DNA from: Gracilinanus agilis
Taxonomy: Eukaryota
DNA: 64,000 nt
Reading direction: 5' to 3'
Assembly (NCBI RefSeq): GCF_016433145.1
Contig: NC_058132.1
Location: 645,055,297 to 645,119,296, forward strand
Both the position numbers and the translations under genes were made by a program. Below, in pieces: positions 48,090 to 61,395 of the stretch (position 1 is its first letter; every line of letters begins with the position of its first letter). The notes below the pieces were generated by a model that saw nothing but the letters and a program-made list of their open reading frames with translations, searched no databases and had not been told where the DNA came from.

Positions 48090-49989
48090 CCTTCCTCTCT
48101 TCTTAAAACAACCCCAAATTCTGTTCAGGTGCCATCTTGGACTCATGGTATGCCTTGATCTCCTCCCTTCCCCAAGCTCCTGTGTGTCTTGCCAGTGTTT
48201 TCTGCCCTAAGTCTCATAAATCACTTTCCTTTTCCTTTGCATATGTTTTGCATTTATTCATGTATCTATGTGATCCCCCCATAGAACCAAAGTTGCTTGA
48301 TGACTTTCAGGCCCGCTGAGTGCTCCCCTTGGCAGCTCCACCTCTCAGCCCAGAGAGTAGGTGCTCAGTAAGCGCTTGTGGACTTGGTTCAGATTGCCCC
48401 GTGTTTGTCTTGCTTAGAGCCCTAACCAGAACAGATCAGCAAAGAGCTCTCCAACTCTAAGGAGGCCACGGCTCACCCCTTCCTTGGTCCTCTGCAAGAT
48501 TACAAATGCTACAGCTGGGACGAGGGTGAGAGACAAATGGAACATTAATTTCTGCCAGGCTGACAGCTGCAAACCACTTTACCTTGGCAATGGCGTGCCG
48601 AGGATTCTAACCAACTACTTAGCGCTAAAAGGCACCAAAGCCCTGAGACTTTTCATAATTTCTCCATAAGCTGAAAGTCACGGTAGATTTCTCAGAATTG
48701 TAAACATGCCAAGAGAAAATAGTTTCGAGAATTCTTGGGAGAGCTCATGCATATTGAGCAGGGTTAATATTTTTGTTCCTTCTGCCTCAATTAGTGGTTT
48801 GCATTACCTTGGAAATCTGAGAAGAGCTGGAGTCAAGTTTAAACAGAAATCATCTCGGGGAATGAGAAAAGTCGATATTGTTTCACTTTACTGATCTCGA
48901 AGGAGAGAAGCAAAGGGGAAAAGCATGGATGGGGCCTACGGGGAGAGATGGGAAAATGTGCCAATGAAAATGGTGGCCAAGAAATAGGAGCAGAGCCCTC
49001 TCCTCGGCATCGGCATGAAGCTTGCTTAACACAGAGCACACCGAAAGGATTCTGAACCTCCTTGCTAATGTGTCAGCTCTACCCGCCGTATATATGGATA
49101 TTCCAGTGATCTGTGAACCTTTCTGACCTAAGACTCATGGGACAGTCATTACCAATCCCGTTGGATGAAGGGGACTAAAAGATCTCTGCTGTCAGGCACT
49201 GGGTTCAAAGTCTCCATAGCACATAGCACAGGGTCTGACACATAGTAGGTGTTTAATAAAATGCTTATAGACTGCCTCAGTCTGGGTCAGTACATTGTAT
49301 TCAAGCTTCTCTCTTCGGATCGGTAAGTCTTCTGCACATCCTGACATGGCCTCAGTCTTTAGGTAAATGGAAGTGCTGGTTGTCTACAGATTGGCCCATG
49401 AACCAAAGCAACCAAGTCACCGAGCACTAATTAAGCACTTACTAGATGCCAGGCAAAACCACCAAATCCTTACCATGAAAGCACCAAAAATCCAAGGAGG
49501 AGAATGAATCACATGGTCTTTGTTGAACCAGACTGGCAAGGTCCATCCCAGCTTTGGACTATATGAACCCGCCACCTTAATTACAAGGTCCTCAGGGACA
49601 CAGTCACACCTAGTCAGTAGGGTCTGAGTGGGGCTTTGATTTTAGTCAATCAAGCAACACTTACAAAGTACCTACTATGTGCCAGTCACATTCCCACATG
49701 GTGAGGATGTCGTGAAAAATTAAGCATCCCCTGGCTTCTAGGGGCTTAACTTCTAGAAACAGGTAAGTGGTCAAAAAATTAGAAAACTGGACTAGGAGGA
49801 AGGAATATCTGGATTCAAATCCTGCCCCCATCACTTGTTAGCTGTAGGACTTCAGGGCTCTCAGCCTTCATTTCTACATCTACAAAACAGGGATAATAGC
49901 ACCTGCCTCTCAGGTTTGCAGTCTCTATTGAGATAACCTGCAGAAATTTCTTTGTGAATCTTAAAGCACTAACTCCCAAAAATGTACTG

Positions 49990-50188
49990 TTTTTTTTTAA
50001 CCCTTACCTTCTGTCTTGGAGTCAATACTGTGTATTGGTTCCAAAGCAGAAGAGTGGTAAGGGCTAGGCAATGGGGTCAAGTGACTTGCCCAGGGTCACA
50101 CAGCTAGGAAGTATCTGAGGTCGGATTTGAACCTAGGACCTCTCCTCTCTAGCCCTGGCTCTCAATCCACTGAGCTACCCAGCTGCCC
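49990..50188 (-). mobile_element. SINE1_Mdo-type SINE
   Basis: TSD cccaaaaatgtactgtt on both sides. Confidence 0.9.
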
Positions 50189-51282
50189 CCCAAAAATGTA
50201 CTGTTATAGAGAGTTCTCACAGAACAGGAAGAGGGCTGTTACAATGTGTGCCATGCAGTTTTCCAGTCACGGCAGCCTTAGGTCCTGTCTCATTTTCATC
50301 CGCCCCTCCCCATTGGCTGGGTCCACTTTTCTCCTCAGCTAATAAGAACAGCTCTGGTTAAGGATCATTGGGATGTAGACTAGAACTTGGCAACCAGATG
50401 GAAGCCCCACAGATCCCTCCTCTCAGAGCAGGTGAGCGCTGTCCCACTTCACTGACTCCCTGACCTCTGCCCCCACCTCAGCCCATGCCAGGACCTCCTC
50501 CTGTCTTGCTGGATGGGGCAGGTTCTGTGGAAGAGGCCAGAGTGGTCCTAGCAGGCATTCGAAGCTCCAGCTGGAAGAATGTTAGCCTGGCCTAAAGCAA
50601 GGACAGGTGCGGCCATTGTCAAGGCTATTGATCATTTACCTGCAATGAGCATACTTAGAGCAGCAATGAGCTCATTAGAGGACACAAGGAACCCCATTCC
50701 ATTAGGCATTAATGCCAGGGGCACAGCTGTCGACTGGCTCTGGTATTTAGCTTCATTTGGTGCGTGAGAACAGGGGCTGTAATTAACCCAGGTCCTGTTA
50801 ATGGGCCACTTAGGGGAGACACCCTCAAAGGTGCCTTTGTGCAGGGAAGACAAGGTGAAAAGTCTCTTATCCTATTAAGGTAATTTTGATCCTTGGGAGG
50901 GGAAGAAAGGCTGCCCACATCACGGTCAACAGCCATCAGCTGTCACCTCTGAGATAATGGGGTTGGAGAGGGGGCCTTTAGCGAGGGAAAGAAGGGCAGG
51001 CTTTTTTCAAAGTAAGGGCAATTTTTATACTACTAAGGGTGAGCATTTTCAAGATGCTCACCTTGGAGGGGGAGAATTCTCAGATGACCAAGCAGCATTG
51101 CAGACTGATTTTGTCATCATCATCCCCCATTAGCTTTCTTTTGAGGATGAGCAATAGCACAGATTACATGGACGTGAGCTGATCCATATCCCTTCTATGG
51201 CTATAACACTGGATTCTTAAAAAGGATTGGATGCCTTTTGCTTTGAGGATGGAATATTTAGTATGGGAGTTCTTAACTCCTT

Positions 51283-51405
51283 TTTTTTAACCCTTAACTT
51301 CTGTGTATTGGCTCCTTGGTGGAAGAGTGGTAAGGATGGGCAATGGGGGTCAAGTGACTTGCCCAGGGTCACACAGCTGGGAAGTATCTGAGGCCAGATT
51401 TGAGT
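51283..51405 (-). mobile_element. 5'-truncated SINE1_Mdo-type copy (short-tail variant)
   Basis: Tail and core present, ends at the B box. Confidence 0.75.
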
Positions 51406-51539
51406 TTTTAACTCTTGGTGTCAGGGAGCCCTTTGAAAATCTAGCAAAGTCTAGAGATGCTTCTGAGAATATTGTTTTTGAATGAGAAAAAATTATACAA
51501 CATACTGACAGAATGAACTGCGTGTTGAAAGAAAGTTAT

Positions 51540-54500
51540 CAAAATATTTTTCTTCTTTATTCCAAATGTTACAAAACCAAATGAAACGAGCATTTCCATA
51601 TACGAAGAAAAAGAAGATCATATGAAAATGAAGTCACACATTCCCTATATGTTTAACTTACTTTTTGTGGTATTTAAATAATAAATCCTGTCCACTTCTG
51701 TCCCAGGCCCTCCTCACCCTCCCTGAAGCAAAAAAGTTATCTCCAAGGCAGTCGACATTTAGGTATAAATGACACCTTTCATATTTCACCTTTCTGTTCA
51801 CTTTCTGGGAGTAAGAAAAGTACACAAAGGCACCTTTGGGAATGTCCCTCCAGGTGGCCCATTAGCAGGACCCAAGTTTTTATTCTGGGAGTTTCTTCTT
51901 CCAGGATTAATTCTGTGTAATATTCTCCCAGATCTACTCATTTCATTGTTCATTATCTCCTGCAGTTCTCCCCAAGTTTTTTTTTTTTAACCAATCTGTT
52001 CATCATTTCTTATGGTACAGTAATATTCCATTACAGTCATAGATCACAATTTGTTCAATCATTATCCAATTGATGGTCATCCCTTTGGTGTCCAATTCTT
52101 TACTACAACAAAGAGAGTTGTCATATTTTGGAACATATGGGCTGTTTCTCTCTTTCCCTGATTTCCTCAGAAATGGACTCAGCAAAGATATTGCTAGCTT
52201 CGAAGACATGCCCAGTTTTATCCTTCTTTGGCTGTAGTTCCAAATTGCTCTCTGAAATGATTAGATCAGTTTGCAGTTCTACCAGCAATGCATTAGTATC
52301 CCTGTTTTTTTACAGAACCTCCAACTTTTGTCATTCTGCTCTTTTGTCATTTTAACCAGTCTGGTGGGTGTGAAGTGGTATCTCAGAATTATTTTGGTTT
52401 GCATTTCTCTAATCAGTAGTGATATAGAACATTTTTTCATATATCTATATATGGCCTTAATTTATTCACCCAAAAGTTATTTGTATCTTTTACCCATTTA
52501 TCAATTGAGGGATGGCTCTTACTCTTATAAATTTGACAGAGTTCTCTATATATTTTAGATACAAGACATCTCTATCAGACGGACTATGTCCAAAATTTCC
52601 CCCAATTTTCTGCTTTCCTTCTGATATGATTGATTTTATTTGCACAAAAACGTTTTACTTTAATGTACTCAAATTTATCCATTTTATAGTTCACAATGCT
52701 CTCCATCTCTTGTTGACTCATAAATTCCCCTTCTAACCATAAATCCAATAGGTAGCATATTTCTTGTTCTAATTTACTTGTGGTATCTCCTTCTATGTCT
52801 AGATCTTGTATCCATTTTAATGGTATCTTAGTGAATGGTGTAAGATGAAGTGGTTTATACCTAATTTCTGATAAAATATATTCCATTTATCCCAGCTATT
52901 TTCACCAATGATTTCTTATCCTCAAAAGCTGGATCTATGATTTTGTCAAAATACATGATAACAATAATCTTTTGCTGCCGTTTGTTGTTTGTCTGTTCTG
53001 TTCCACTGATCTACATTACCATTTTTTAAGCAGTACCAGATAGTTTTGGTAATTACTGCTTTATGAAACGATTTAAAATTTGGTACTTTTAAAACGCCTT
53101 CCTTTATGTTCCCCCACTCATGTATTCTTTTGATATTATTTATCTTTTATTCTTCCAAATCAATTTTGTTATTTTTTTTCCTAATTTTTAAAATAATTTT
53201 TAGTAATTTAATTAGGATGTCATTGAATAGATAGGTTAGTTTAGATAGGATTGCCATTTTAATTACATTAAATCTGTCGAGAGTCACAAACAATGAACAA
53301 TTATTTAGATTTGACTATGTTTGTGTAAAAACATAGTTTTATAATTACGTTCATGTAGTTTCTGGATTTCTTTTGGCAGGTTTACTCTCAGATATTATAT
53401 TGTATCTGTGGTTATATTAAATGAGGCATATTTTTCTAACTCTTCTTATAGGACACTGTCAGTAATATATAAAAATTCTGATGTATTATGCTGACTTATT
53501 TTATATACTGCTGCTTTGTTAAAATTATTGATAGTTTCAATTAGCTTTTTTTATTTAAATTTCTAGGATTTGCAATATTTACCATAATGTCATCAGTAAA
53601 CTGAAATAGTTTTATTACCTCTTTGCCCATTCCAATACTTTCAATTTCTTTTTTTTTTCTCTTATTACTATTGCTAGCATTTCTAATACTATTTTAAATA
53701 ATATTGGTGATAATGGGCATTTTTATTGCACTCCTGATCTTATTGAGAAGGTTTCTAGCTGTTCCCCATTACAAATAATACTTCCTGATGGTTTTAGGGA
53801 GATGTTCATATAATTTTAAGAAAAAAAAAATCAATTCATGCCTATCCTTTCCAGTGATTTTAATAGGAAGGAGTGATTTATTTTTCCAAAGGCTTTTTCT
53901 GCTTTTATTGATATAATCTTACGTTTTTATTACTTTTAGTATTGATATTATCAATTATGTTGTTAGTTTCCCTTATATTAAATCATCCCTGTATTCATAC
54001 TATAAGTCCTGTTTGATGACAATATATTACCTTTGTGAGATATTATTGTTGTCTCCTAGCTAGTGTTTTATTTAGAATTTTTGCATCCATATTCATTAAT
54101 GACATTAGTCTACTATGTTCTTTCTTTCTTTTTTTTTTTTTTTTGGCTCTTCCTGGCTGAGGTATCAGCACCATATTTGTTTCATATACTCATATATTCA
54201 TAAGAGGAGCTTAGTGAAACTTCTTTATCTTATTATTTCCAAAAATGGTTTAATGTTGGAATTAGTTAATACTTAAATATTTGGTAGAATTTTCTTTTAA
54301 ATCTGTCTTGTTCTGATGACATTCTTTTGGAAGTTCATTTATGGATTCTTCAATTTCTTTTTCTAAAAAGAGGTTTATTTAGGTTAGGATTAGCTAGTCA
54401 ATTTATTTTTTTATAAATATTCTTCCATTTCTCTTTCATTGTTAAATTTGTTTTCATATACTGGAGCAGAACTCCTAATAATTATTTTAATTTCAACTTC

Positions 54501-57400
54501 ATTGGTGTTATAGTCACCCTTTTCATCTTTAGAAGTTGTGATATTGTGCTCTTCTCTTTTTTTTATTATATTAACCAATGGTTTATCAATTTTGTTGATT
54601 TTTTTTTTTAAATTTCAACTGCTGGGTTTAATTTTTAATTCAATGGTTTCCTTACATTTGATTGTATTGATCTCATGTTTAATTTTCAGGATTGATAATT
54701 TGGTCTTTGGTTGGGGATTTTCAATTTGTTCTTTTTCTATTTTTTTTTAATTGCATTCCCAATTCATTGATTGTTTTTCTATTTTATTAATATATCCATT
54801 TAGAGATATAAATTTTCCTCTAATTGTTGCTTTTGTTGTATTTCATAGGTTTTAGTGTGATGTCTCATTATTATCATTCCATTTTAATAAAATTATTGTT
54901 TCAATAATTTGTTTTTTTAATCCACTCATTCTTTAATATTAAGTTATTTAATCTCCAATTAGTTTTTAATTTTCGTTTCCATGCTGCCTAATTACATACA
55001 ATTTTTACTGCATTGTGGTCTGACACAGTTGCATTTAATATTTTGCTTTTCTGCCTTTACTTATAATATTTTTCTGTTCAAGTACATGGTCAATTTTTGT
55101 GAAGTCGTCATGTAGCACTGAGAAGGTATATTCTTTTCTATTCCCACTCAGTTCTCTAGAGATATCTTTCATATTTATATTACCTAAGATTCTATTGATC
55201 TCCTTGACTTCTTATTCATTTTTTGATTTGATTTATCTAGTTCTGAGAGGAAGAGACTAAAGTCCCAATTATTATTATTTCATTATGTATTTCCACTTAT
55301 AATTTTTTTTTATTTTTCCTTTTAAGAAATTAGATGCTATAATATTCGGTGCATAGAGATTTAAAATTGACAGCACTTTGTTATCTATACTTCCTTTCAA
55401 TATAATATAGTTTCCCCATTTATATTTTTAATTATATCTATTTTAGCTTTAACTTTGTCAGACATTGTCATTGTTACCCCTCCCTTCTTTGTATCAGCTG
55501 AAGATAGTATACTCTGCTCCAACTCTTTATTTTTAATTGCATTTGTACCCGATTTTTAAATGTGTTTTGTGTAATTAACGTATTTTAAAATTTTTTTGAT
55601 GCATTCTACTATATATTTTCATTTTATGAGGTAATTCATCCCATTTATATTTGATATCATAATTAGTAGCTATGTATTTTTCTCCATTCTGTTTTTCCTC
55701 ACTGTCTTTCTCTTTCTTGTTGTTGTTTCCCTCCACAGTTATCTAATTTCTTCTTTCTACTTTCTCCCCAATTCACATCCCTTCTTATAATCCTTCCCTG
55801 ATCCTCTTTCTTGGCCTTTCTAGTTTCAAATTAACCCACTTTTCTGAGGGCCTCTCCTTTATCTTTCCCCCTTCCTTTTAGCTTCCATTTTATCCATCTT
55901 TTCAAAAGTCCCTTCCTTATCTCCTCACCTCATCCCACATTTATTGATATTTAATCTTTTCTAGTATTCCTTGCTTTTCTTATCCCCTTGGTCTCCTTTT
56001 CTTAGTCCCTGAGCCCCTTAAGAATACTACCTTTCCTTAGTTCCTCCTTTGTCCTATTCCAGTACCTCTCTTAGCCCACCCTTTACCCTTCTAATTGTGT
56101 ATGCTGTTCTCTTTGTATCCCATATCTGATAAGAGTAGAGTTCTAGTATTAATAGTCCTTCACCATTCCTCCATTCTCCATGGCAGTTATTACACCAATT
56201 CATCTTCCATTTGACATATCCACTCTACCCTACTCTTCCTGATTTACTCTACTACTATTTAGATCCATTCTATTAAATCACCTTGGCTTCAAGTTTTCCA
56301 TCCTTACATCCTCCTTTAAAATACCCAAGCAATGATGCCATTCCTAGAGGTCCTAGATAACATATAAATAAAATATTTTTACCTTTTGGGTCACTTATGA
56401 TTAGTCTTTCATTATTACCTTTGCATATTTCTTGTTGGTCAAATTTGCTACTTAGTTTGTGCTTTTTTTCCCTAGGAAGAGCCATTTTTTTACCTTTTAT
56501 AATTATGGTCAGTTTTGCTAGATATGCTATTCTTGTTTGTAAGCCCAGTTCTTTTGTTCTAGGAAATTATGAGTTTCATGCCGTGTGTTCTTTCACTGCT
56601 GTGGCTGCTAAGTCTTGTGCTATTCTACATGTAGCTCCACAGTATTTAAATTGCTCTTGTGCTTTTTCCCTTGTTGACTGTAGCATTTTTTTCTTGACTT
56701 GGGAGTTATAGAATTTAGCAATGATGTTCCTGTGGCATTTTCATCTTTAAATCTCTTTGGGATAGGTTGTAATTGGTATATATATATATTTTTTTACTTC
56801 TGTTTTACACTCTGATTCTAGAATTTCTGGAAAGTTTTCCTTGATTATTTCTTGGATTGTTTATTGTAACTTTCTGGAAATCCAACTATTATTATATTCA
56901 CACTCCTTGATCTATTTTCCAGATATATTATTTTTGTGATGTTTCCTAATCTCTCCTATTAGTTTATTCTTTTGATTTTGCTTTATTATTTCTTCCTGTC
57001 TTAGAAAATCATTAGTTTCCTTGTCCATTTCTAGTTCTTAGCTGATTATTTTATTCTGTGAATTTCTGGATCTCTCTCTTTTTTTCCTTTTGGATGATCT
57101 TTCCTTCAAAATTGATTTTCTTTTCTTCTTTTTTTTGTAGTTGTTCCTTAAATTTCTCGTTTGTTTTTTGAGGTCTTTTTAAAGCTTTTCCAAAAGCTCT
57201 CTTTGAGCCTATGGCCCTTTTCTAGCATTTCCTCAATTTTTTGAAGTAGGTATTCTTACTCCATTGTCCTCTGAGATTGAACGAAGGTCTTTTCTCTCTC
57301 CAGAATAGCTATCAATAATTGGGTTCTTTGATCTTTGGTTGCTTCTTTTTTTTTTAATTTTGGTGGCCAGGCCAAAGACTTAATTATTGTCTTTTTCCTG
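51540..57400 (-). mobile_element. Old, near full-length L1 (3'UTR, ORF2, inter-ORF spacer, ORF1), sense to CLDN16
   Basis: ORF2 remnant HLTPFTKIPLKWIQDL (52584-52886). ORF2 N-terminal-like ISNINGMN near 55.65 kb. ORF1-like remnants 56.4-57.4 kb. Many stops and frameshifts. Confidence 0.85.
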
Positions 57401-57450
57401 GACTTTTAGTTTTCCTATACTACTGGGTCACATTACCTCAGGATGCAGGA

Positions 57451-57451
<1 letters not shown>

Positions 57452-57503
<52 letters not shown>
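57452..57503. repeat. (GT)n microsatellite
   Basis: Direct reading. Confidence 0.95.
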
Positions 57504-57506
<3 letters not shown>

Positions 57507-58439
57507 TTTTTTTTCCCTGGGCATTATTTAGTTATACTGATTTTTATAGTCCAAAAGCAGGAGTGTCTGGGTCCTCTACTCAAACCCAAGTATGTGACTG
57601 GTCACAGGTGCTGCAATCTAGCTGGAAGGCAGTTATGCCACTGCAACTGCAATCAGACAATCTACCTCCTGTGTGTTGGCAACCATAAACCCCACTCTCC
57701 TGGGAGTGATCACAGCTGATGGAGTCCCAATCTCTCACATTCACCACTACAGACTCCTTCCTCACTCCTCTTCTCCCACTGCCCTGGGACCCAGGATCAC
57801 ACCTGCCTCTGGACTATAAAAATCAGTATAACTAAATAAAACCTTTCTCAATTCTCCAAAATCCCTTGCCTGCCAGCAAGGAGGCCTGAAGTCCTGCCCT
57901 TAGCAACTGGCGCTGGTGGACTCTGTGGTATCCAGCCCTTAATCCCAAGCTGTGGGTCAATGTGAGTCTACCGATTCTGAGGCTCCTATCAACGCAGTTG
58001 CTCCCAAAGCCCTCCACCTGCAGGTTCCAGCAGTGTCCACTCATATATATGAGCTGCTGGACCAGCAAATAAAGTAAGATTGTCAATCCTGCCCTCAGGT
58101 ATTATATCAGTGATTCCAAGATGTTTGCTTTATGCCTGTTTCCAGGACCTGAACCAGTGGGACTGAGGCCAGAGAATTCAGAAGCCTTCCTCCCTATTTA
58201 TCCTTGGCTATTCAGCTTCATTTCCAATTCCTGTCTGTTTTTGCTGCTTTTAGTATTGATTTTGTGGAGTTATTTTTGTTTGTTTGTATAGGATATCGGG
58301 AGGGCAAGGAAGCTTCACACTGCACTCTGCCATCTTCCCACTTCAAAAATAAAATGAATGTACAGAGTTCCCAAAATTTATCTCTGTGGACCCCAGGCAA
58401 AAAAACTCATTCATTAGAGTGACATCTTTCATCCTTTAA

Positions 58440-59220
58440 ATGCCTACCATCCCAAATAGAGTCATATCCATTCAGTATGAGTGGGTTCCATAAACTACAG
58501 GGAAGGTTGACTCCAGTTCAGAAGGGAACTGGGAGACCAGTTGGTCCAACCAGTAGTCAACATAAATTCCTTCTACACCTCACCAAAAAAGCAGTCATGT
58601 GTCCCCCCTGAAGATTCCTAACCATTGACTAATTACAGCATCATGCCTTATATTCATAATGCCCAGTGAGGAGTGAGCACAACTTCCTGAGGATGCCCAA
58701 TTTCACTTTCAAATGTTTTAATTCGTAAAAGTTGGATTTTTGTCATTGCTATTCTCCTCTTCTTAAGCCAGATTCTATCCCTTTGCAAATTCCACACTTT
58801 CCTTCAAATTCATTCCTCTCTAGCCAAAAACAACATTCCCTCTTCCCACCTGATACCCTTTCTAGCATTTGGAGACCATTCTAATGCTCACTCCACCCAC
58901 TACCACTCCTACTGCTAGACCTCTTCTCTCCATGTTTGTGCAGCATCTCTAGCTCTTTCCATGAATCCATGTAAGGCATCATCTCCCTGCCACTCTGTGC
59001 TGGTTTCTTTCCAAGTTCTAAATATCCTCTCAAAAGTGGAGTCCTCAGAAATTAACTATGTCTGACACATAAGACCTCACTCTTATTGGACAGTAGTTTT
59101 CTTTGCCCCTAGGTTTACATTGCTAACCCACAGTCATCTTATTATTCCTTAAGGCCTTTGGTTGGACTTGGTTGTCCCAATTCTAGCCTGCTGAGATCAT
59201 GTTAGGCCTGGGTTCTGTCA
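58440..59220 (-). mobile_element. CR1/L3 remnant
   Basis: CR1-like antisense motifs (ttcctgaggatgcccaattt, ctaaatatcctctcaaaagtggagtc..agaa). Boundaries approximate. Confidence 0.45.
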
Positions 59221-60959
59221 CTTAGCATTTGACTTTGAAAGGAATCCACAATAAGAAAGATTTCCATATGCAAAAAGGGGGCAGATATAGTTGACCAGCA
59301 GTCCAACTTGGAGTTTGGAAGACCTGGTTTTGAATTCCACATTGGTCTGGGCAAATCCCTTCAAAACTCAGTTTCCTCATTTGTAAAATAGAGATGATCA
59401 TAATGCATATCTCAAAGGGTTGGCATGAGGCTAAAATCAAGGACTGTATTTTGAAAAACTCTTAGCAAACTTTGAGGGATCTTATCCATGTCAGCTATAT
59501 TTTGATAGGCACTTGCATTTTCAAAGTGTTTTGCAGCCATTATCTCAGGGAATCTTTATAAGAGCCCTTTAAGGTAGGCACAACTTGCTTTATCATGATT
59601 TATTCATATTTTATCAATCAAGTAACAGAGACTCAGAGAGGTTGAGGTGATTTTTTGACAGGCTATCAAATGGAGCAAGCTCTAGAGGGATCTAATTTAA
59701 TCCTTTTGCTATACAAATATGGGAACTGATACCCAGAATGGGAAAGAGACACACCCAAGGTCTTACATTACTAGTAGCTGACATAGAATCCAATGTCAGG
59801 TCTTCAAACTCCAAGTCCAGTGGTCTCCATCCAGCACCCTGTTGGACACCACATTGCTGCCTCTTGGAATCTGACTTTCACTATTGTAAATATGCAACCC
59901 ATTCACCCAGTAGGTGAACTACAATTCTCTTCCCCTACTCCTCATCATGAGCAATGCACTTTCCAACCATAAAAATAAGTTGTGATGTAGAAAGAGAAAT
60001 ATTTTTCAACAGTGAAAGCTGACCTCATCATAGAGATATGTCAACACTCATGAGAGAGGAATGTAAAGTAACTGGCCAGATTTACATAAACCACATACCT
60101 ATTGGATACAGGCAACCCCAACAAGTAATGTGTTCCTTCCAAGCTATCTAGCACCTAATTACATTGTATATAAGTGTATTTAATTATTTTGTAAATACTT
60201 TGTATATAGAAAAATGCATAGCCTATATATAGTATATTCTATATAGTATATATTCTATATACTTGTCTCCCTCATTTCAATGTGAGCTCATTGTGAGTAA
60301 CTTTTTTTCATTGTTTATGTTTTTATTCTCATTATCTGGCTCAGATATTCATTACCTTAATAAATATTGACTGATTAATTAATGGTAAGAGCTCAATAAA
60401 TACTTGAGTGGCCAATTGCCCCAAAAGTGGATATTATTCTGCACTGAAATACATTGTTTTGCCTATCATGATGGATAATGAAAATTGTCTCTATTTGTCC
60501 TAGATAGACATCTTTTTATGATGCCCCATAATGGCTTGAAAGGGACCATGGGATGTCTAAAGCTACACCAAGAACATGGAACCCACAACAGGTGTTCTGT
60601 GAAATATTGTGAATCTATAGCTCACACACATTCTTGGCTATATTCTGGGAGGTTCTCTTCTGCATTGACCACAGAAGGATGATTTCTTTGGTCACAAAAC
60701 TTTAGAAATTTTTCTACCAAGGCCAGAGGGGTCTCAATCAACCTTGTTGGAAAAAAACTTCCGTAGTAGCAAATTCTTTCCTCAAAGCCTTAATGGAAGG
60801 AAGCTCCTTGAAGGCAAGATCTATCTTCAGTTTGTTCTGAGTAAATGATTGAATCCTTCTGAGCTGTGGGATCATCCCGTATCTGATGGTACTAATATCA
60901 CTTCCTCTGTTCATTGTTCAAAGCCTTTCATAATCAACTCCCATCTTTTTTCCAGTCTT

Positions 60960-61395
60960 CTTACATCTTATACATTTCACTATCCCTCTATCCTCTGCAC
61001 TCCAGTAACATTGGCTTCAAATAAGGTCCTTCTTCCATATCCAGACTCCAAGTATTTTCACTGACTGTTCCACTCCCCCATGTGCAAAAAGTACCACCTC
61101 TTCATTTCTGCCTCCTGAATTCCTTGGCTGCCTTCAATTCTCAACTAAAATCCCATTTTATACAAGAAGGCTTTCCTGATCCCCCTTAATTCTTTCCTCA
61201 GAGATCATCTCCAAATTACCATGTGTGTATGTTTAATCATTTTTTTTCATAATTGTTTGAATGCTTCCTTCCTCAATCAACAGAGCTTGTTGAGAAGCAA
61301 GAATTGTCCTTTTGCTTTTCTCTCTAATCACAATCTATAGCACAGTGCCTGGCACAGAGTAAATAGTTAATAAATGTTTGACTGGTTGACTGACT
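60960..61395 (+). mobile_element. L2 3' end
   Basis: ...agcacagtgcctggcacagagtaaatagttaataaatgtttgactggttgactgact L2 tail. Confidence 0.7.
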
